Assembly: GCA_040954595.2 (NCBI GenBank)
Contig: CM082593.2
Span: forward strand, 7,910,043 to 7,974,042
DNA length: 64,000 nt
Source of the DNA: Balanoglossus misakiensis
Taxonomy: Eukaryota; Animalia; Hemichordata
Direction of reading: 5' to 3'
Numbering within the stretch: position 1 is the stretch's first letter; each line of letters starts with the position of its first letter. The notes under the pieces are model-generated. The model was not told the DNA's origin and searched no databases. It worked only from the letters and a program-made list of their open reading frames with translations. This document shows positions 32,299-47,000 of this stretch, one piece after another. The position numbers and the translations under genes were made by a program.

Positions 32299-35200
32299 TG
32301 TAATTCCACATGTGTTACAGACAAATGGAGGCCCCGTGCGAAGTATCAAATATTTTAAGGATGAAATGTACACGGCGGACACTCATAGGCAGAACGCGAT
32401 GACCTCGTGCGAGATAGACCACATCTCTCAGTGACGAGACCTATTTAGGACATTCGCGCGCGGGGGTACTAAAACACAGAAGAGCCAAGAACAAGCGTGT
32501 GATCCGCCAGCTGTGACTATATTTGAAGAGAATGAACAAACAACAGAACTGATATGCCTTAATACATTTGCATTTTTTTAAAGTTAATATATTTATTACC
32601 GTGATCATTAAATCGAATATATGTTCATCTCTTCGATAAAATATTTTGTTTAAGAAGTTTCAGAACTTTTAAGCTACCTCGTTGAATGGTCTGTCCGGAG
32701 ATTTCACGGCTTTTTTGCGGCTATACCTCGTTCAGTGGTCCACTCTAAACAGTTACGTGTGGAATATCAGGTAAGTAAAGTAGTCGAAAGACGGGCGTGA
32801 TGATGGACCGACTGATAGATGGATGAATAGATAATCTGGCAGCAGATAAAAGTGATAATCGGATTAGTCCACGAAACCTGAAGGGATAAACCAATAATTG
32901 ATAAAAAAAGACTGGTGCTTGTGAAAGAAGTCGTATTTAAAAATATTTATTCGCAGTAACAATTTAACTATGTAGCAGTAACATTTAAATTAATAATAAG
33001 TATGTGAAAGAAAGATGGGATGAAGAGAGCAAGCTAAAGGTGTTTCTTGCGCATTAGTTCTGTTTTAATTGGTGTCATAACTTTACATGTGTTTTTGACA
33101 AAATGATATTTATTTATTTATTTATTTAGAAGAGAATAATCAAGACAAATACTTTGAAACAAATACTAAACAAACGGAAAATGATTTGAATTATAAAAAA
33201 TAGAAATATATGTATGTTTTCTGTCGGCAATTCCACCAACCAACTAATGATGACGAACTGTATGAATATGAGTGCCACCCCCGGTGAACAGCATAGAGGT
33301 CGAAATTCAATACTTTGCTATGGAACGAATGTGATATGATAACTAAGATAAGTGAACTATTTAAAAACTATGTTCACAAAAGTCACCCGTTTTATTAGGA
33401 AGCTAAGGACGACGTCCACTGGTAATTGTTGAAAAATCTCTTTCGGATAGAGCAGAAGTGAAATCTATATTATAATAATTCTGTCACAAGTTCGCCTAGG
33501 TAATATCGTCTCAAACTAATTCATAGCAAAGCATGACATACTATCGATCAACAGTTTTAAATTTGTTTTAAATTATTGGCGAGTGTTCGGTTCCAGGATT
33601 TCAAGAGGCTCGTTTAACGCGAAAATCGTGATGTAAACCACCTCACAATTTTACATGTTGGATAGGGTTCGCGCAATAGTTCATGCTATCTGGACGGAGA
33701 GATATAGACGTGTCAACACGCTCACTGTTTGTGAGTTTGATGTAGAAAGCTGAAAGCACCTGGTTCTGCTTTGGGAAATTCTGGTCGACGTCGAGACGGG
33801 GTCGAGGCACTCTTTGTTTGTGACAGACAGGGTGTTATGGGTTTTTCATATCGCTGGCATTTTCTAGGCTGATCAATCAGTTGCTTGAGTCACCACAAAA
33901 CTGGCACAAAGCAAGTAACTTGACCCGGTAAATGATACATGATGAACCTTATGTGTAATACCAGTCTGGAAGATCTCAAACAATTAACCACAGTGAGACG
34001 ATTGAGCATCATGCTATTCATTATCAAGACAATGTCTTTATATGTTGTGAATAAAGAATGGTGTCTAGGTAACAAATGGCCGTTAAGTTTTGCTCCTGTA
34101 TTCTTTGGTAAGAGGTCTACCACCCAAATTATTCTTATTAGTTGTATTTTTTCTAATCCAATAATTCGAGTATCACATTTTCCACAATAATTTATACATT
34201 CGAAGTAAAGTAAACGATCAATCAGCTGTCACGTTTGGCTTTAGTTCCGTTGTTTATATTCTGTATACCACTGTGTGTCATACAAATTCAATTTCAAAAG
34301 CAGGAGTGGTATATTTGTAGCCAGACATTTTTATTTTGACATAATTTACATTTTGCATATATTATTTTAACAAAGTCACCCTGTTTATATCTTTTTAAAG
34401 AAGAAAATAAAATAAAATGCATCAACAACAGACAAAACGATCAGAATATCAAATCGTACACAGTGCATAAATGTCATGGGACATTGTCCGTACAGAGGTT
34501 GTAGCTAACCACGCTAGGGGGACTGGCCGCAGGGTCAGATCCCCTAGCTAGATTAGAATTATCAACGCGCTACAATCTCCGGTATAAACTTATTTCAGGG
34601 ACTGTGGATAATTAAAATACATGCAAACCGGATTTATTTGACATTGAAAAACTTGAATGTCTCCTAAATGAAAGTTTGGATATGACAATGTTACAAAATA
34701 TTTCCATAATACCAGTTCCTCTAGGTCCCTGTCCACAACAGATATATTTGTTCTCATCCCAACAATAGAGTAAAATGAATTCAAAACAATTTTACATTTC
34801 ACATAATTATCATGATTTTCACCTGAAATAAAAATAATTAAAAATTTCCCCTCAAAATCTAGTTCCTTCTGCACATTTCACATCAATATCATGATTTTCA
34901 CCTGAAACTAAGAAATTAAAATTTTACCCGCAAAATGTAGTTCTTTAATACTGCATTTAATATGTGTTTTGTTTTGTTTTGTTTTGTTTTGTTTGTTACT
35001 TTCTTCAATCAAATACAGACACAAATGTCCCAAAATATTCCATTAATTCAAGTTTTTGTTAGGATTGGGTATTTCACAGGTTTATTCTGATGGTTAGAGA
35101 AAACTGCATTGTTATAAATTCAGCCACATATCTCAGTAATAAATACATAAATATGGTGCGCATGAAATATGGAAGGAAGTGAAGGCTCTCCTCTATGTGT

Positions 35201-36128
35201 CCAATGCAAAATTTATGGAACATATGGATTGGACATAATTGAACACACGAAATTATGCACATGCGCATAAGATGATCGTCGGCTTTTAAGTAAGATGACA
35301 GATACAGTGTGTAAAAAAAAACCCCCACAGTGAATCAAGATTTGAAATGCAGTGACATAATCTTATACTACACATAACATACCCGTAGCAAATAACTTTT
35401 GGCAGAATCTTTATCTGCTATTGTTTGAGCTACGACATATCTTATCATTATCATTTTGAATAAATTACAGTATCATCTTACAGAAACACTGTGCCAAATA
35501 CAAAAGACTCAGGCAAACACAGTGTCTGCCAGAAAAATATACATCTGATTTGAAAACTGATTTATACAATAACACAATTGCTATGTTTCATTTACTACCA
35601 CGTTGTCTATCTGAGTAAGAAATTTGATATTTGTTTGATTTCAACAGCCTCAGGGTATTAGACTCATGATTGGCAATAAAATTACGACAAATCCAACAAT
35701 GACAGATCAAAGAACGTACTTAGCTGCAAACCATCTGATGTAAATAATTTTCTGGATTTCCACAAGCAATTTTAATATTTCATGACTGCATGCCGATTCA
35801 GGCAATTCTTACTTCATGCAGAACATTGGGAGACGAAACTGTCATTTGCACAGAATCTCTTGCATTATCATATTTTACAGGCCCTGAAAACTTTAACACT
35901 GACTATATTTTGCATCATTATTAAACAACAATGCATGTCACTTAGATAGATATGGTGTATTTTTCAGCCAAATGTCTCTTATAACTTATGTAACAAAATA
36001 TGCTAGAGATGTCTCTTATAATTTATGCTACAAATATTCTAGAGCAGGCTAAACCTACAAAGATAAGTTATCTAGTCCAGTGCATGTCCAATGGTACACA
36101 TGAAATAAATTCATGTGACAAATCTAAC

Positions 36129-36334
36129 TACTGTAAAACGGGTTTTGTGAGCAATAAATTTTCGTGAAATACACGAGAGCCAAAAACATGTGAAAATAAA
36201 AAGTCGCGTAAAATGTTTTTTGGAGATTACTATCCAGTAAAAATAAGAGAACGTGAAAGTTAATCCTCATGTAACAGTTGCCCCCTTTGATATCGCGAAA
36301 ATTTCCTGTAGCCCAAATAACCCGTTTTACAGTA
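36129..36334. mobile_element. TA-target MITE (Tc1/mariner-pogo type), also at 45776-45986 and 59848-60056
   Basis: tactgtaaaacgggtt ... aacccgttttacagta, internal cgcgaaa motifs shared by three copies. Confidence 0.75.
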
Positions 36335-37873
36335 TCAAGCTAGTCAAATTTCAATATATACACATAGCCCTGCCATGCTAATTCATTTGACAGCCATAGT
36401 GTTCAGTCGCATCCCCATAAGGTATACATGTAACGGTTTACCGAACAGATGAAAGAGGCGACATACAAAACCGACCCTTTTGGGGTTTCTACTTTTCTGT
36501 CAATTATTGAAGTCCTAATCCCCCTAACTCTGATATAGGGAAATCTGATCATGTACAGCATATAATCATTACTTATACATGTCAAATGTCACCCAGAAAG
36601 CATGCAGTGTTTATATAAAATAGGGTAAAAATTGATTTTTCTAAGGTCAGTGAAAACGTGTCACATGAGTAATGGTTGTGTTCTGCATATGATTCCCCAT
36701 ATTAGATCTTTGGGAAATTATATATACTTTTGGGTTTAGGACTTCAACAATTGACAGAAATCTGCAATTTCTGAAAGCATCTTTTTAGTTGATTCGATTA
36801 AAATCAGATGCAGGGTACGGCGATGTCTTTTACTTCGCGGTATGGTATTCTTATGCTGTCGCCTTACATGCCTCCTGTTGCAGCCAGGCCAATCAGATTG
36901 CATGTTACATAGATTTACATGAAAGGATACCTATCGTTCTCTATAAGGTGCCTTCTAACTGGTTTACTGGCCCAGTAGAGACAGAGATTGTGGACGGAAG
37001 CTTCTATGGGAGTTGGTTAGCTGTAGTGTGAGGCAACAGCATAAGAATACCACGAAGTAAAAGACGTTACTGTACATCTGATTTTAATCAGATTGCTTTT
37101 TAGTATACGCACCCCAAAACATTCATATAAATACTAGTATGCTATCTATTGTACTATATTAAGATATTAGCATTTTCGGCAAAATGTATAGAATTCACCA
37201 CATGAAAGAACTGTTCTGTAAATCTTGCATCACCCATAAATAAATGGATAAGAAACTAAATTTACCATTTTTTGAAATTTAAAAATAGCTGCTCACCTCT
37301 GAGTGAATTTTGAATTTTCTTTTTTCTAAAAAAACACTGGTGTATTACACTACACCTACTGGCTTTATGAAAGAGTAAATGATTATTATTTCATGACACA
37401 CTAAATTCCAATATATTTATTGAGAAATTTTTGTTATGTTTCCTTCAAATCATTATTAAGGATGTACGTTCGTCAAAATTGAAAGTATTGTCATTTCTTT
37501 TAATTGTTGATTTTTGGATCTCATTAGTATGTATAATGAAAATCCTTAATAAAATATAGGGGTCACCGTGCTTGTTTTTCAAATACAGAGCCATGAATTG
37601 AGACGACAATAGAAGAAAACTGCTGACTCAGCATTTTTTACCATGGTTTGTCTATGGACAACATTTTTACCACAATCTAGCTCAAAATAGAGCGCAGTGA
37701 CCACACGATTTTATTTGACCAATAAATTTATATTATACTAGAGTAATTTCTCCAATACCTGATTCTATGTGCATATACACGTAACAACACTCTTAGTAAT
37801 TTACCTCAATATATTGAAACTCAGATGTGCCATGTTATACCACCATTGAAAAAAAACAACACTTTAGTACACG

Positions 37874-40800
37874 TTACTGATCAAAGAAATGTTTCAGCCA
37901 AAACGGTCGTGAAAACGGCCACTGATACTCGGCCGGAACAATCCCATGAACTTCCGACTCGAAGAAGCTGAAGAGTGGAAACCAGATTTTGGTGCGTTTG
38001 TCTTCGTGTAGGAGCGCGCGGTTGTTGGCCAGCGAATGGTAATAGAGGAAGAGTCTGGATGTGATGTAGAAAGCTACGAAGACGTCGATGGAGTAGTGTT
38101 CATGAGCGGCCAGTATGAAGAAGACACCGAAGATGTTCATGACCCAGGAGGCTGTATGCAGCAGATAATAGTGTCTTGGTGTATCTATCAGTGATAAAAA
38201 AAAAATACATGATTCTTACAAACTGGGCATGCCACAACGATGGTTTAGTCCAAGCCCATTGTTTACTATCCTACGTTTGGACCTCTAAAGAGGGAACTGA
38301 AAGGATTAAATCATTTTTTTTGATAAGGTTGGGGAACTTTGGTAAATGATTTATGAATCCTGGTAACTCCTCTGCTGTCATTAACCCTAATGCTGCCAAG
38401 TCAGTTACTAGTAAAACTGGTCTGATTTCCAGGGTGCCTAGAATCCTGGATCCCAGGCCTGTTAGGCTGCCAAGTGTGTGTTACTCAGTAGGGCCTATAC
38501 AAGAGCCTCAGACCAATACAGTGCAAACCAGTACGATTTGGTCCATTTTCTGGGGGCTCAGACTGCCAAGTGTGTCCAAGTATGTAGGAGAGCAATGCCA
38601 AGACAGTCAAAATACGTTTTAAAAGAAAAAATGGCAAATATAAATTTTAAGGGACTTGAGACTCTAAACAGGTATAACACCCAGTAGCATTAGGGTTAAT
38701 ATACCAAGAAGAATCTTGGTACCGGTCCACTACATTCCCGGATTTTGTCTATTCAAATCAATGCAATGATTTTGCATTCAATAAACTTAGAGATTGATTT
38801 GTATGGTAACTTACATTCTGTAACAAAGAAGTTGAAAGTTGTCACAACAACTGTGTGACCGCTAAACATGTAATCACCACAAGTATTGACACCAGTCAAT
38901 GACATGCCCAGTCCGAAGAAGATTTCAAGAGTTCTCCTTATTTTCGACCACAGATCACCATATATCTGCAAGGAATTCACAAATTTTCTTTTCATCACTA
39001 GAGGAAATAAATCTAAGTGAACACGTAAGTTCTTGTATGAATCTGTGCCAGACAGACATTATATGATCTATTATAAAAAAAGAGGGTCAAAGTCTCTCTC
39101 TCGCTGCCGTTTTTCCATTAATTATGTTTGATGCAAGACACCATTTATATTATTCTACATATGGATATATAGTGAATCAAGGCTCAACCACACACACCTT
39201 CTATCACGCTTGTAGACACGAGAATGAAAAATCTGCCAAATTGAATAATCGCTCTCTACCATTTATTTATTTTCAGCGAGTTTTTACTCTCGTATCATAC
39301 AAGCTGGATGGAAGTTGTGTGTGGTCAAACGTTCATTCACTACATATACACATGTACATTAACATAAACGGTGTCTTGTATCAAACATAATTAATGGAAA
39401 AAGGGCAGCGAGGGAGAGACATTTTGTCCCTTTAAGGCATATTTTATTTTGGGGTCAAATATTCAGAGAAAACGAAAGTAACTGTCAAGCACTAAAGTTA
39501 GGAGTGATGCTTATATATTAAACTGCAAATGGTTGTAAAGACAGAGACCGTTGTTCAACTCACCTGACCCGAACACTGAAGATGAGCTCCTGGTACGGAC
39601 AAAGATGTCATGAACATTGTTGCACATCTCAGCAAGAAAACAGTTCCAGTCAGGGAAAAGAGACGCCTCAGAATAACTAATCTGAATAAAAACAGGGATA
39701 TTACTAAACAAATATGAGTATGGCCGTAACATGCAACCAGAAGACACCACACCGAAAAAGCACTACAAAAACTTTACAGTTAAAACCTAGCACCTGGTGG
39801 GTCTACAATTCACAATATCTAACATATGATAGTATTTAAATCATGAAAAGCTAACTTTCACTACACCAAAGTCTGAAGAAGGCTATAAACAGATTTCCTC
39901 CTAAAGAGGAGTAATTTAACCCTTTCACCCCCAGTTCCCTCCATAGAGGTCCAACTTTACCATATAAACAATGGGTTTGGACTGAACCATTGTGGTGAAA
40001 GGGTAAATTTTTCCTGTATTGTTCACTGTATCTTGTTATGCATCTGAATGAACTCTATCACACTCTTTACTAAGTAGTTAAAGCCTCAGTATTTCTCGTA
40101 GGGGCAAAATTTTGTTTGAAACGGCATCTATAATTTCTAAAAGTAGATGATAATTGATACTGAATCGAACAGTCATCATCCCCAGCTCTGCTCATAAACT
40201 CATACAATTTACAATATAACGAGTGAAGAATGACTTTCTGTCCGGACAGAAAGTCACGTGAGTGTTGACACACGTGACTAGTGCGCATGCGCACTCCAAT
40301 GTGAATCTATGCGGAAGAGGTTTTGTCGCCCCAAATCAAGCGACTCAGCGAAGAAATGCGCACTAATTCGGCGAAATTTTGGGAAGATAACTTTATGGGA
40401 GAAATCAGTCGATGGAACCAGATCAAATCCGAAAATGGTCTGACCATCAAAATGGCAAAGTGGCACGTTTGCTGATCGACATGTACAACATTTCCGTTGT
40501 AAACAAACCCGCGCATCATTTCAAGTGTTACGGGCAATATTTACAGCTTGCACGTAGCTACAGTTGCCCAAACCTTTCTTCTATCTTCATTATGTAGTAT
40601 TCCATGATGAATTACAGGAAAAACGGGCATTTTTCGATGATGAAAAATGGATACACACGAGAAATACTGGGGCTTTAATACATGCATTCTCACTGAGCCA
40701 ACCAAATCAGACTATACCCATATACCACCACCCTTGATGATTGAGTTGGTGAAAAAGCAAGTATCATATTCACAAAATTCTACTTTATTCAAGATACTTT

Positions 40801-41446
40801 ACCTATGTTTGTGTAGTACCAATACAACACAGAGTGTAATTCCTAGAATGATACCAACCACTTCACATACTTTAAAAGCCCATGGTATATGTGGAATGTT
40901 ATCCAGCATAATATCAGGCAATGGTGGATATTTATCCATGGCTGGGACTCGATCGTGGACAACGGTCATTATGAAAGATGTCAACAACAAGGCCGAGGCA
41001 AAATAGCAAAAACTGATTAAAGTTTTCATTTTCTCTTTTTTGAATTTAGGTTTCCTTTTAAGTCTGCTGGAAGTTTCATGTTTCACATTGTCTCCTGATG
41101 CATAGTCGACTGAATCAGTTGAGTCGAGTCTCTCCAGGTGTCGGTGCTCAGCTGTTCTTCGATAGCGAAGATATTTCAGATCAGACGTTGTGCCTCCATT
41201 TACATGTACCTGATGTCCACCTTCTGCCTTTTTCAATCTATCAATGGCAAGACTTAATTTTTTGATGTCACCAAGAATTTTGATTTCCAGCGGTGGTGAC
41301 CTGAGATCATTCTCTGTAAGAGACAGCAGCGCTTCGCCGTCAATCTTATGCTCATTGCAAACCAAGTTCACATATTTCGTAAACCCACTCTCTTGCAACC
41401 ATTGTCCAACCTGTTCTGTAGTCCATTCTGACAGATTACTGGCCAT
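37874..41446 (-). CDS. SAMD8: Sphingomyelin synthase-related protein (SMSr, SAM-domain ceramide phosphoethanolamine synthase)
   Basis: Exons 41446-40803, 39681-39564, 38965-38815, 38184-37874 with consistent phases. SAM domain ([10 protein letters not shown]...IDGEALL), [15 protein letters not shown] and [10 protein letters not shown] catalytic motifs. Confidence 0.96.
38385..38695. mobile_element. piggyBac-like MITE (TTAA TSD, CCC termini), second copy at 58108-58413
   Basis: ttaa|ccctaatgct ... agcattaggg|ttaa in both copies. Confidence 0.85.
39083..39431. mobile_element. Family A Kolobok-like MITE
   Basis: Homologous to 4574-4920, long TIRs, TTAA at right end. Confidence 0.75.
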
Positions 41447-41846
41447 AATATCATCGACACTTGTGACTATCTTCTCATCACTTTCTAACCTGAAAATGAT
41501 AAAAATAGAGATGACATATTAATTTTCAAGTTTATAGTAATGTTGAAAATGACCTGCATAAGTGGGTGAGGGTTGATAGAACTACACACTTTCAATTGCC
41601 ATACTACATTTACATGAAAACATTATTTAGCGAGATGACTTGTATCTAGGTACAATGATTGCAGCAGGTAGTGCAGCGAACAGCATGCATGATCGGCATA
41701 TCATAGCTACAGTGTGTCACATGAGTTTTCTATTGGGATCATGCCGTTTCCGTGCTGTCAAGCACTGTCATCCTCGAAGGAATGACCTAATATCCTCTGC
41801 GATTACACCGAGAAAACACAATACAATGCACACAAACATTGAGCTA

Positions 41847-42283
41847 CAGTGCAGCTTAGGAATAGCTTTCCAACTGCACCAACACTGGGTCAGCTCTGTT
41901 TAAACACTGGGTCAACTCTGGGTTGGCACCCTATTGGCGCTCTAATTAGCACCTATTGGGCTTGTGTTTAACTGGGGTGTGCCAAAACAATAGGGTGCGC
42001 CAAGGTGCTAACACTGAACAATGCCAAGTGCCAGGGCCAACAGATTCACACCTTTGTAACACTTGGAACACACAGGCTAACACTGTGTGCCAAAACAATA
42101 GGGTGCGCCAAGGTTTAACACCTTTGTAGCACATGCTAACACTGAACAATGCCAAGTGCCAGGGCCAACAGATTCACACCTTTGTAACACTTGGAACACA
42201 CAGGCTAACACTGTGTTGGCTCATTATAAACACCGTGTCAGCAAGTTGTTAGCAAATTGGAAAGCTATTCCTAAGCTGCACTG
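41847..42283. mobile_element. Tc1/mariner-type MITE (TA TSD)
   Basis: ta|cagtgcagcttaggaatagctttccaa ... ttggaaagctattcctaagctgcactg|ta, internal direct repeats. Confidence 0.85.
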
Positions 42284-42426
42284 TATCTACAGGAGTTTCA
42301 GGGCCACTACTCAACTACAATCACTGAATTTCATTTTGTGAATGAATGAATGAATGGATGGATGGAGAACACAAGATGATGGGCCACGCCTACATTACGC
42401 TCCCACAGCAACTTCTACTTATTTAC

Positions 42427-42763
42427 CTGTGATGTACACTTGGCTTGAATCGATCCCTGTGGTTTAGAACAAAATCTTGAGCAGCAGTTTTACGAATCTT
42501 CCACAAGTATATGACCATGAGTAATGAAAAGAAAAGAAATGACGTGGTGCGGTGTACGTGAAGTAGTGTTGGTGACAGTGACTTCCGGGTATTAGCGCCT
42601 CCAAGAGTTCACCTTCAAAGTTTCCTTCAGCGTACGACCTATAACCTTTGACCCGATTGTCCGTGAATTACATTATGTGAAACCCGTTGAACGACGGAAG
42701 CCATTGCCTTGTCGTCCATTTTGGTTCATCTGACCGAGTAAGTAGGCCTCACGTGTGCCGGGT
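42427..42763. promoter_or_regulatory. Bidirectional promoter with non-coding first exons of SAMD8 (-) and VDAC (+)
   Basis: CpG-rich patch. Minus-strand donor at 42427 (cag|gtaaat), plus-strand donors at 42738 (gtaagt) and 42762 (gtaaga), ETS motifs ACTTCCGG (42581) and ACGGAAG (42694). Confidence 0.65.
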
Positions 42764-44011
42764 AAGATTTTTAATTTTTTCACCAACTGTGTATCCTACG
42801 CTACCTGAAAATGCATTCTTGCAGAGAAGTCGAACATGTATAACTGTGTCGTATATTTAATGTCTTCGTTTTCAACAAGATAAACTGTAGAATGCGTACA
42901 CCAGGCGCTAGCCGCGCCGGTATCGAAACAAAACCCGGCGCAGCAGATCGTCCGATCATACGAGCACTGTCGAGTCGCACGTCCGCAGTTCATTTGAATA
43001 CGAAGACATTATTCCAAAATAAGTGTTTGCAGTGACAAAAATAACATAGTTTCTGATCAAAAGTATATTTTACATGTAATGTGTAATGTTTATTGTTTTC
43101 ATTGCAATTTTGATGATCTAAAATGACTTCCCGTGAAGTTTTGTGGTTTTGGTTGACCCACTTATAATATAACGGTAATGACTGTGAAATGGTATCCGGT
43201 ATGTTCAGTTCAAAATGGCTTCTGCAGAATGCTTTTTCATAATTATACATAACCATGCCATGACCAGTTATCTTATTTTTTACGGACATGTTTTTTGGAA
43301 GGGCTAGTTATTTTGTTACTATAAGCTTTTCCAAGTTTTTTGTTCTTTCAAAATTCAAATTTCAATGTGGTGACTATTGTGATAATGCTGCACAACATTT
43401 GATCATGATGTAACTGGTGCTCAAATTTCATCAGGTGTAGGAGATTAAGAGTAAGATTGCAATTACAGTAGTAATTGGACAATGCAAATCAAGATATCTC
43501 CTAATAATACAAGAGTTGGAAATGGACTGAAGTTGGATTTTGATCTTGTTTTGGATTTGTTACGATCTCATGCCATTTTATATGGCTAGTGTTTTATATT
43601 ATAAATGCCAGTTGAAAAACACTATACAGTTTACTGCTGGGGATTTATAATGTAGAAAATAAGTATCAGCAACTGCTTTTATGTGGTAAATATCACCACT
43701 AATTTAGGTTGCAAAAAGTTTGTTTCCAGTGGCACATTTATCGACAAGTATGATTTGTGTGGACTGTATTTCGCCTGGTAAGGGCCCCTCCCCCATTCAT
43801 AATGAAATCAATATTTACAAAGGAGGTTACATCATGTCAGGGGACCTGGTTGATTCTTACTCTATAGATCTTTTTCTGATGGGTGAAGTAAGTCATTCAC
43901 TTGTCTACCATTACCAGAATGGTGGCATGGGCACATGCATTATATATATAACTAACTGCACATACTAACACCTGTGATGATTTCCTCTGTAGGAACTGAC
44001 AAATTGTCAAG

Positions 44012-47000
44012 ATGTCGAATGTTCCTCCATGCTATGCAGACCTTGGCAAAGCCGCAAGGGATCTCTTTGGCAAGGGTTTTGGTAAGTGGCTTAAAAATGT
44101 AATTTTCTCAAAGATCCTGTGACATACACGTAAACACTGTTCCCGAATCTAATTTCCATATCTCACAGCAAGAGAAAATTAAATCGGTTACAATGGTGAT
44201 TTGCAAGGAAAGTAGTAACAAATGGAGTTGTAAGATATTTTGACCAGTTCTGAGTTTGTTTATACTTTCTAATGTTGCAACTAATGTGTGTTGCAGTGTG
44301 ATCTCAGATGACTGCTGTGCAACCAGTTATATTTTTATGTCAAGATTTATTACTCTAATTTGCCTGAATCACATGCCAATTTCAAAACCTATTTGAAGGA
44401 TTTACCTCCATGGCAATGTGGCAATAAATTCATTTGTTCTTATTTGGCAGGTTTTGGATTTGTAAAACTTGAATGCAAGACAAAGACAGGCAGTGGTGTG
44501 GTAAGTAAATCAAGTGGATTTCTGTGAAGTTTGTTTTCTTCAATATAATTTTTGCCACCGAGAAAAAAGACATGATCTAAGCTACTGGAAGTAAAATTTG
44601 GTGTGATCTCTCATCCAGATGATTGAGAAGGACCGTCTTGCACATGTTTATGTGTATGTTGTCTACTGACAATTTGCTAGCACATAAACATTGATGTGGC
44701 ATATAGTCCAACTCAGACCTAGAATTTATTTGTTAGTTTAATTAATTAATACCAATAAAACATATCTCAGTTGTCTTCTCCAAAATTGTTGGTAAGAGAG
44801 AGTAGCAGCGCACAAAAATAATAATGAATCTATTTCATTTGCATGTTACATAAGAGCATGCAGTGATCATTGATCCAAATTCATTATTGACAGTAAGATT
44901 CCATTCAGAAATAATTCTGTTGTTGAATGCACTAAGAGCCGGGGTAATTATGATTAAGTGCTGGTACGATAGTTATTGTTAGATCAATGTACTTACTATG
45001 ACAGAAGTATCAAAATACAGAGTATTCATGTAAACTTGGGCAATAGTCTCTTTAGCTAAGATAATGTATAGTCCATGCTCTTGTTAAAATTTCCACAGAA
45101 TTAGCTGCAATATTATTTTATGATGTTATTTTTGTATGGTCTTGTAAATATTCTATTAGACTTGAAGTTAAAAAAAATACAGAAATTAAACAATGTGTGT
45201 CTATTTCACACAGGAATTCACAACCAGTGGTTCATCTAATAATGATACCTCTAAAGTAGATGGCGGCCTGGAGACCAAATACAGCTGGAAAGATTATGGT
45301 GTGTGTAAATAAAATCCTGCTATAATACGTGTAGTTCAAAGGTTACTTTGGTCAAAGCCATATGTGATGTCGTTTTGCAGTTATTTCGAATTGCATGACG
45401 ACAATGCACCCTCTTTGTAAAATCATGGCGTGGCTTTCTACCTTCTCAGCTCTGAAATTAGGCCACTTACATCTGCAGTTTTTCAAGCAGTTTCTCGTTT
45501 TTCATCAAGAGATCTCTGTCTGAACATATTTCATTCAACCTTGAGACGAGCATAACTCATATGCATTTTCAATGATCCAAAATGGTCACCACGTAAGCAT
45601 TGTTTTTTTAAATTCACTTTTGTTGATTTATTTTTTATTTATTTTTCAGGGTTGACATTCAAGGAAAAATGGAACACAGACAACACACTTGGTACTGAGG
45701 TGACCATAGAAGATCAGTTGGCTAATGGTCTGAAACTGACATTTGATACGTCATTCTCGCCACAAACCGGGTAAGTACTGTTAAACATGTTATTTTCGCG
45801 GGCGATAAATTTTCGTGAAATACGCGAGAGCCAAAATAGCGTGAAAATGAAAAGTCTCGTAAATTGTTTTTGAAGATTACGATGCAGTGAATGAAATAGG
45901 AGAACGCGAAAATTAATACTCGCGAAACAGTGGCCTCTCTCGATATCGCGAAAATTTAAACTCGCGAAAATAAAGTGTTTTACAGTTTTTTGCTGCACAT
46001 CACTGCAGTCTTTTTAAATACCATTCAGGTGAACTGAATTCACCAACTTTGTATTGGCGTGTTTTCTTTGAGGTTCACTATGTGTTCATTTGTCTGTGTC
46101 AGGGTTAGCTGAAAAGACTTTCTCTCAAGGCAGGTTCCGTGCCATTGTCCAGTCCAGCAGTTGTGCTGACTTGTAAATAACAAAGGTTATGTAACCAATA
46201 TACATGTACCAATGAAGTCTGTGTTGGAACATGTAGTATACTTTCTTTACAATTTGTGTTATAGGCACATATTTATGGATGGCATGCGTTTGGTTTTGTG
46301 GTCACAACATTAATTTTGCTAAACCCTACCTTTCACCCCCAGTTCCCTCTATAGTGGTCCAACCTTGCCATAGAAAAATGAACTGTGGCGGTGAAAGGGT
46401 TATAGGGAGTAATGATAACCTGTGAAAGAAAATGCTACTACCAACATGTACTGCTGACAGCTTTATTGTATGTTTTTTAATATTTCTGAAATTGGTGAAT
46501 GTGTATGTTTGTATTGCAGAAAGAAAAGTGGTAAAATTAAGTCAGCCTACAAAAGAGATTACATTCATCTGAACACAGATGTAGATTTTGATTTTGCTGG
46601 TCCAACAGTTCATGGTGCTGCTGTACTCGGGTGAGATGTCCACATTGCTATTACTTTTGTGCATTAGCTGATCTATGCGTGTGTGTGTGTGTATGTGTGT
46701 GTGCGTGCGTGCGCGCATATGTCAACTGTTGACATGTGGGCACTCCCCAGCAATTTTTCAAGGGGTGACCAGCGCCCCTTAAAATGTCACTTGCATGTTT
46801 GCGATATTACATTCCCCCCTTACCCAGAGTGGAACCCCCCCCCCCAATTCTAACAAGGGGGGGGGGGGGGTTAGATACCCTACTGCATAAAATGGGTCAG
46901 TAGTTGATTTCCTCGTAGATAGAACAAGGCACTGTCAATGCAATTTTCCCCTGAGTCTGACCACAGACCCACTGATATCTCTGTACATTTTAATTATTTT

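Noticed and set aside
38353-38687. ORFs repeated at 58091-58297
   Set aside because: Chance ORFs inside two copies of a piggyBac-like MITE, no transposase motifs
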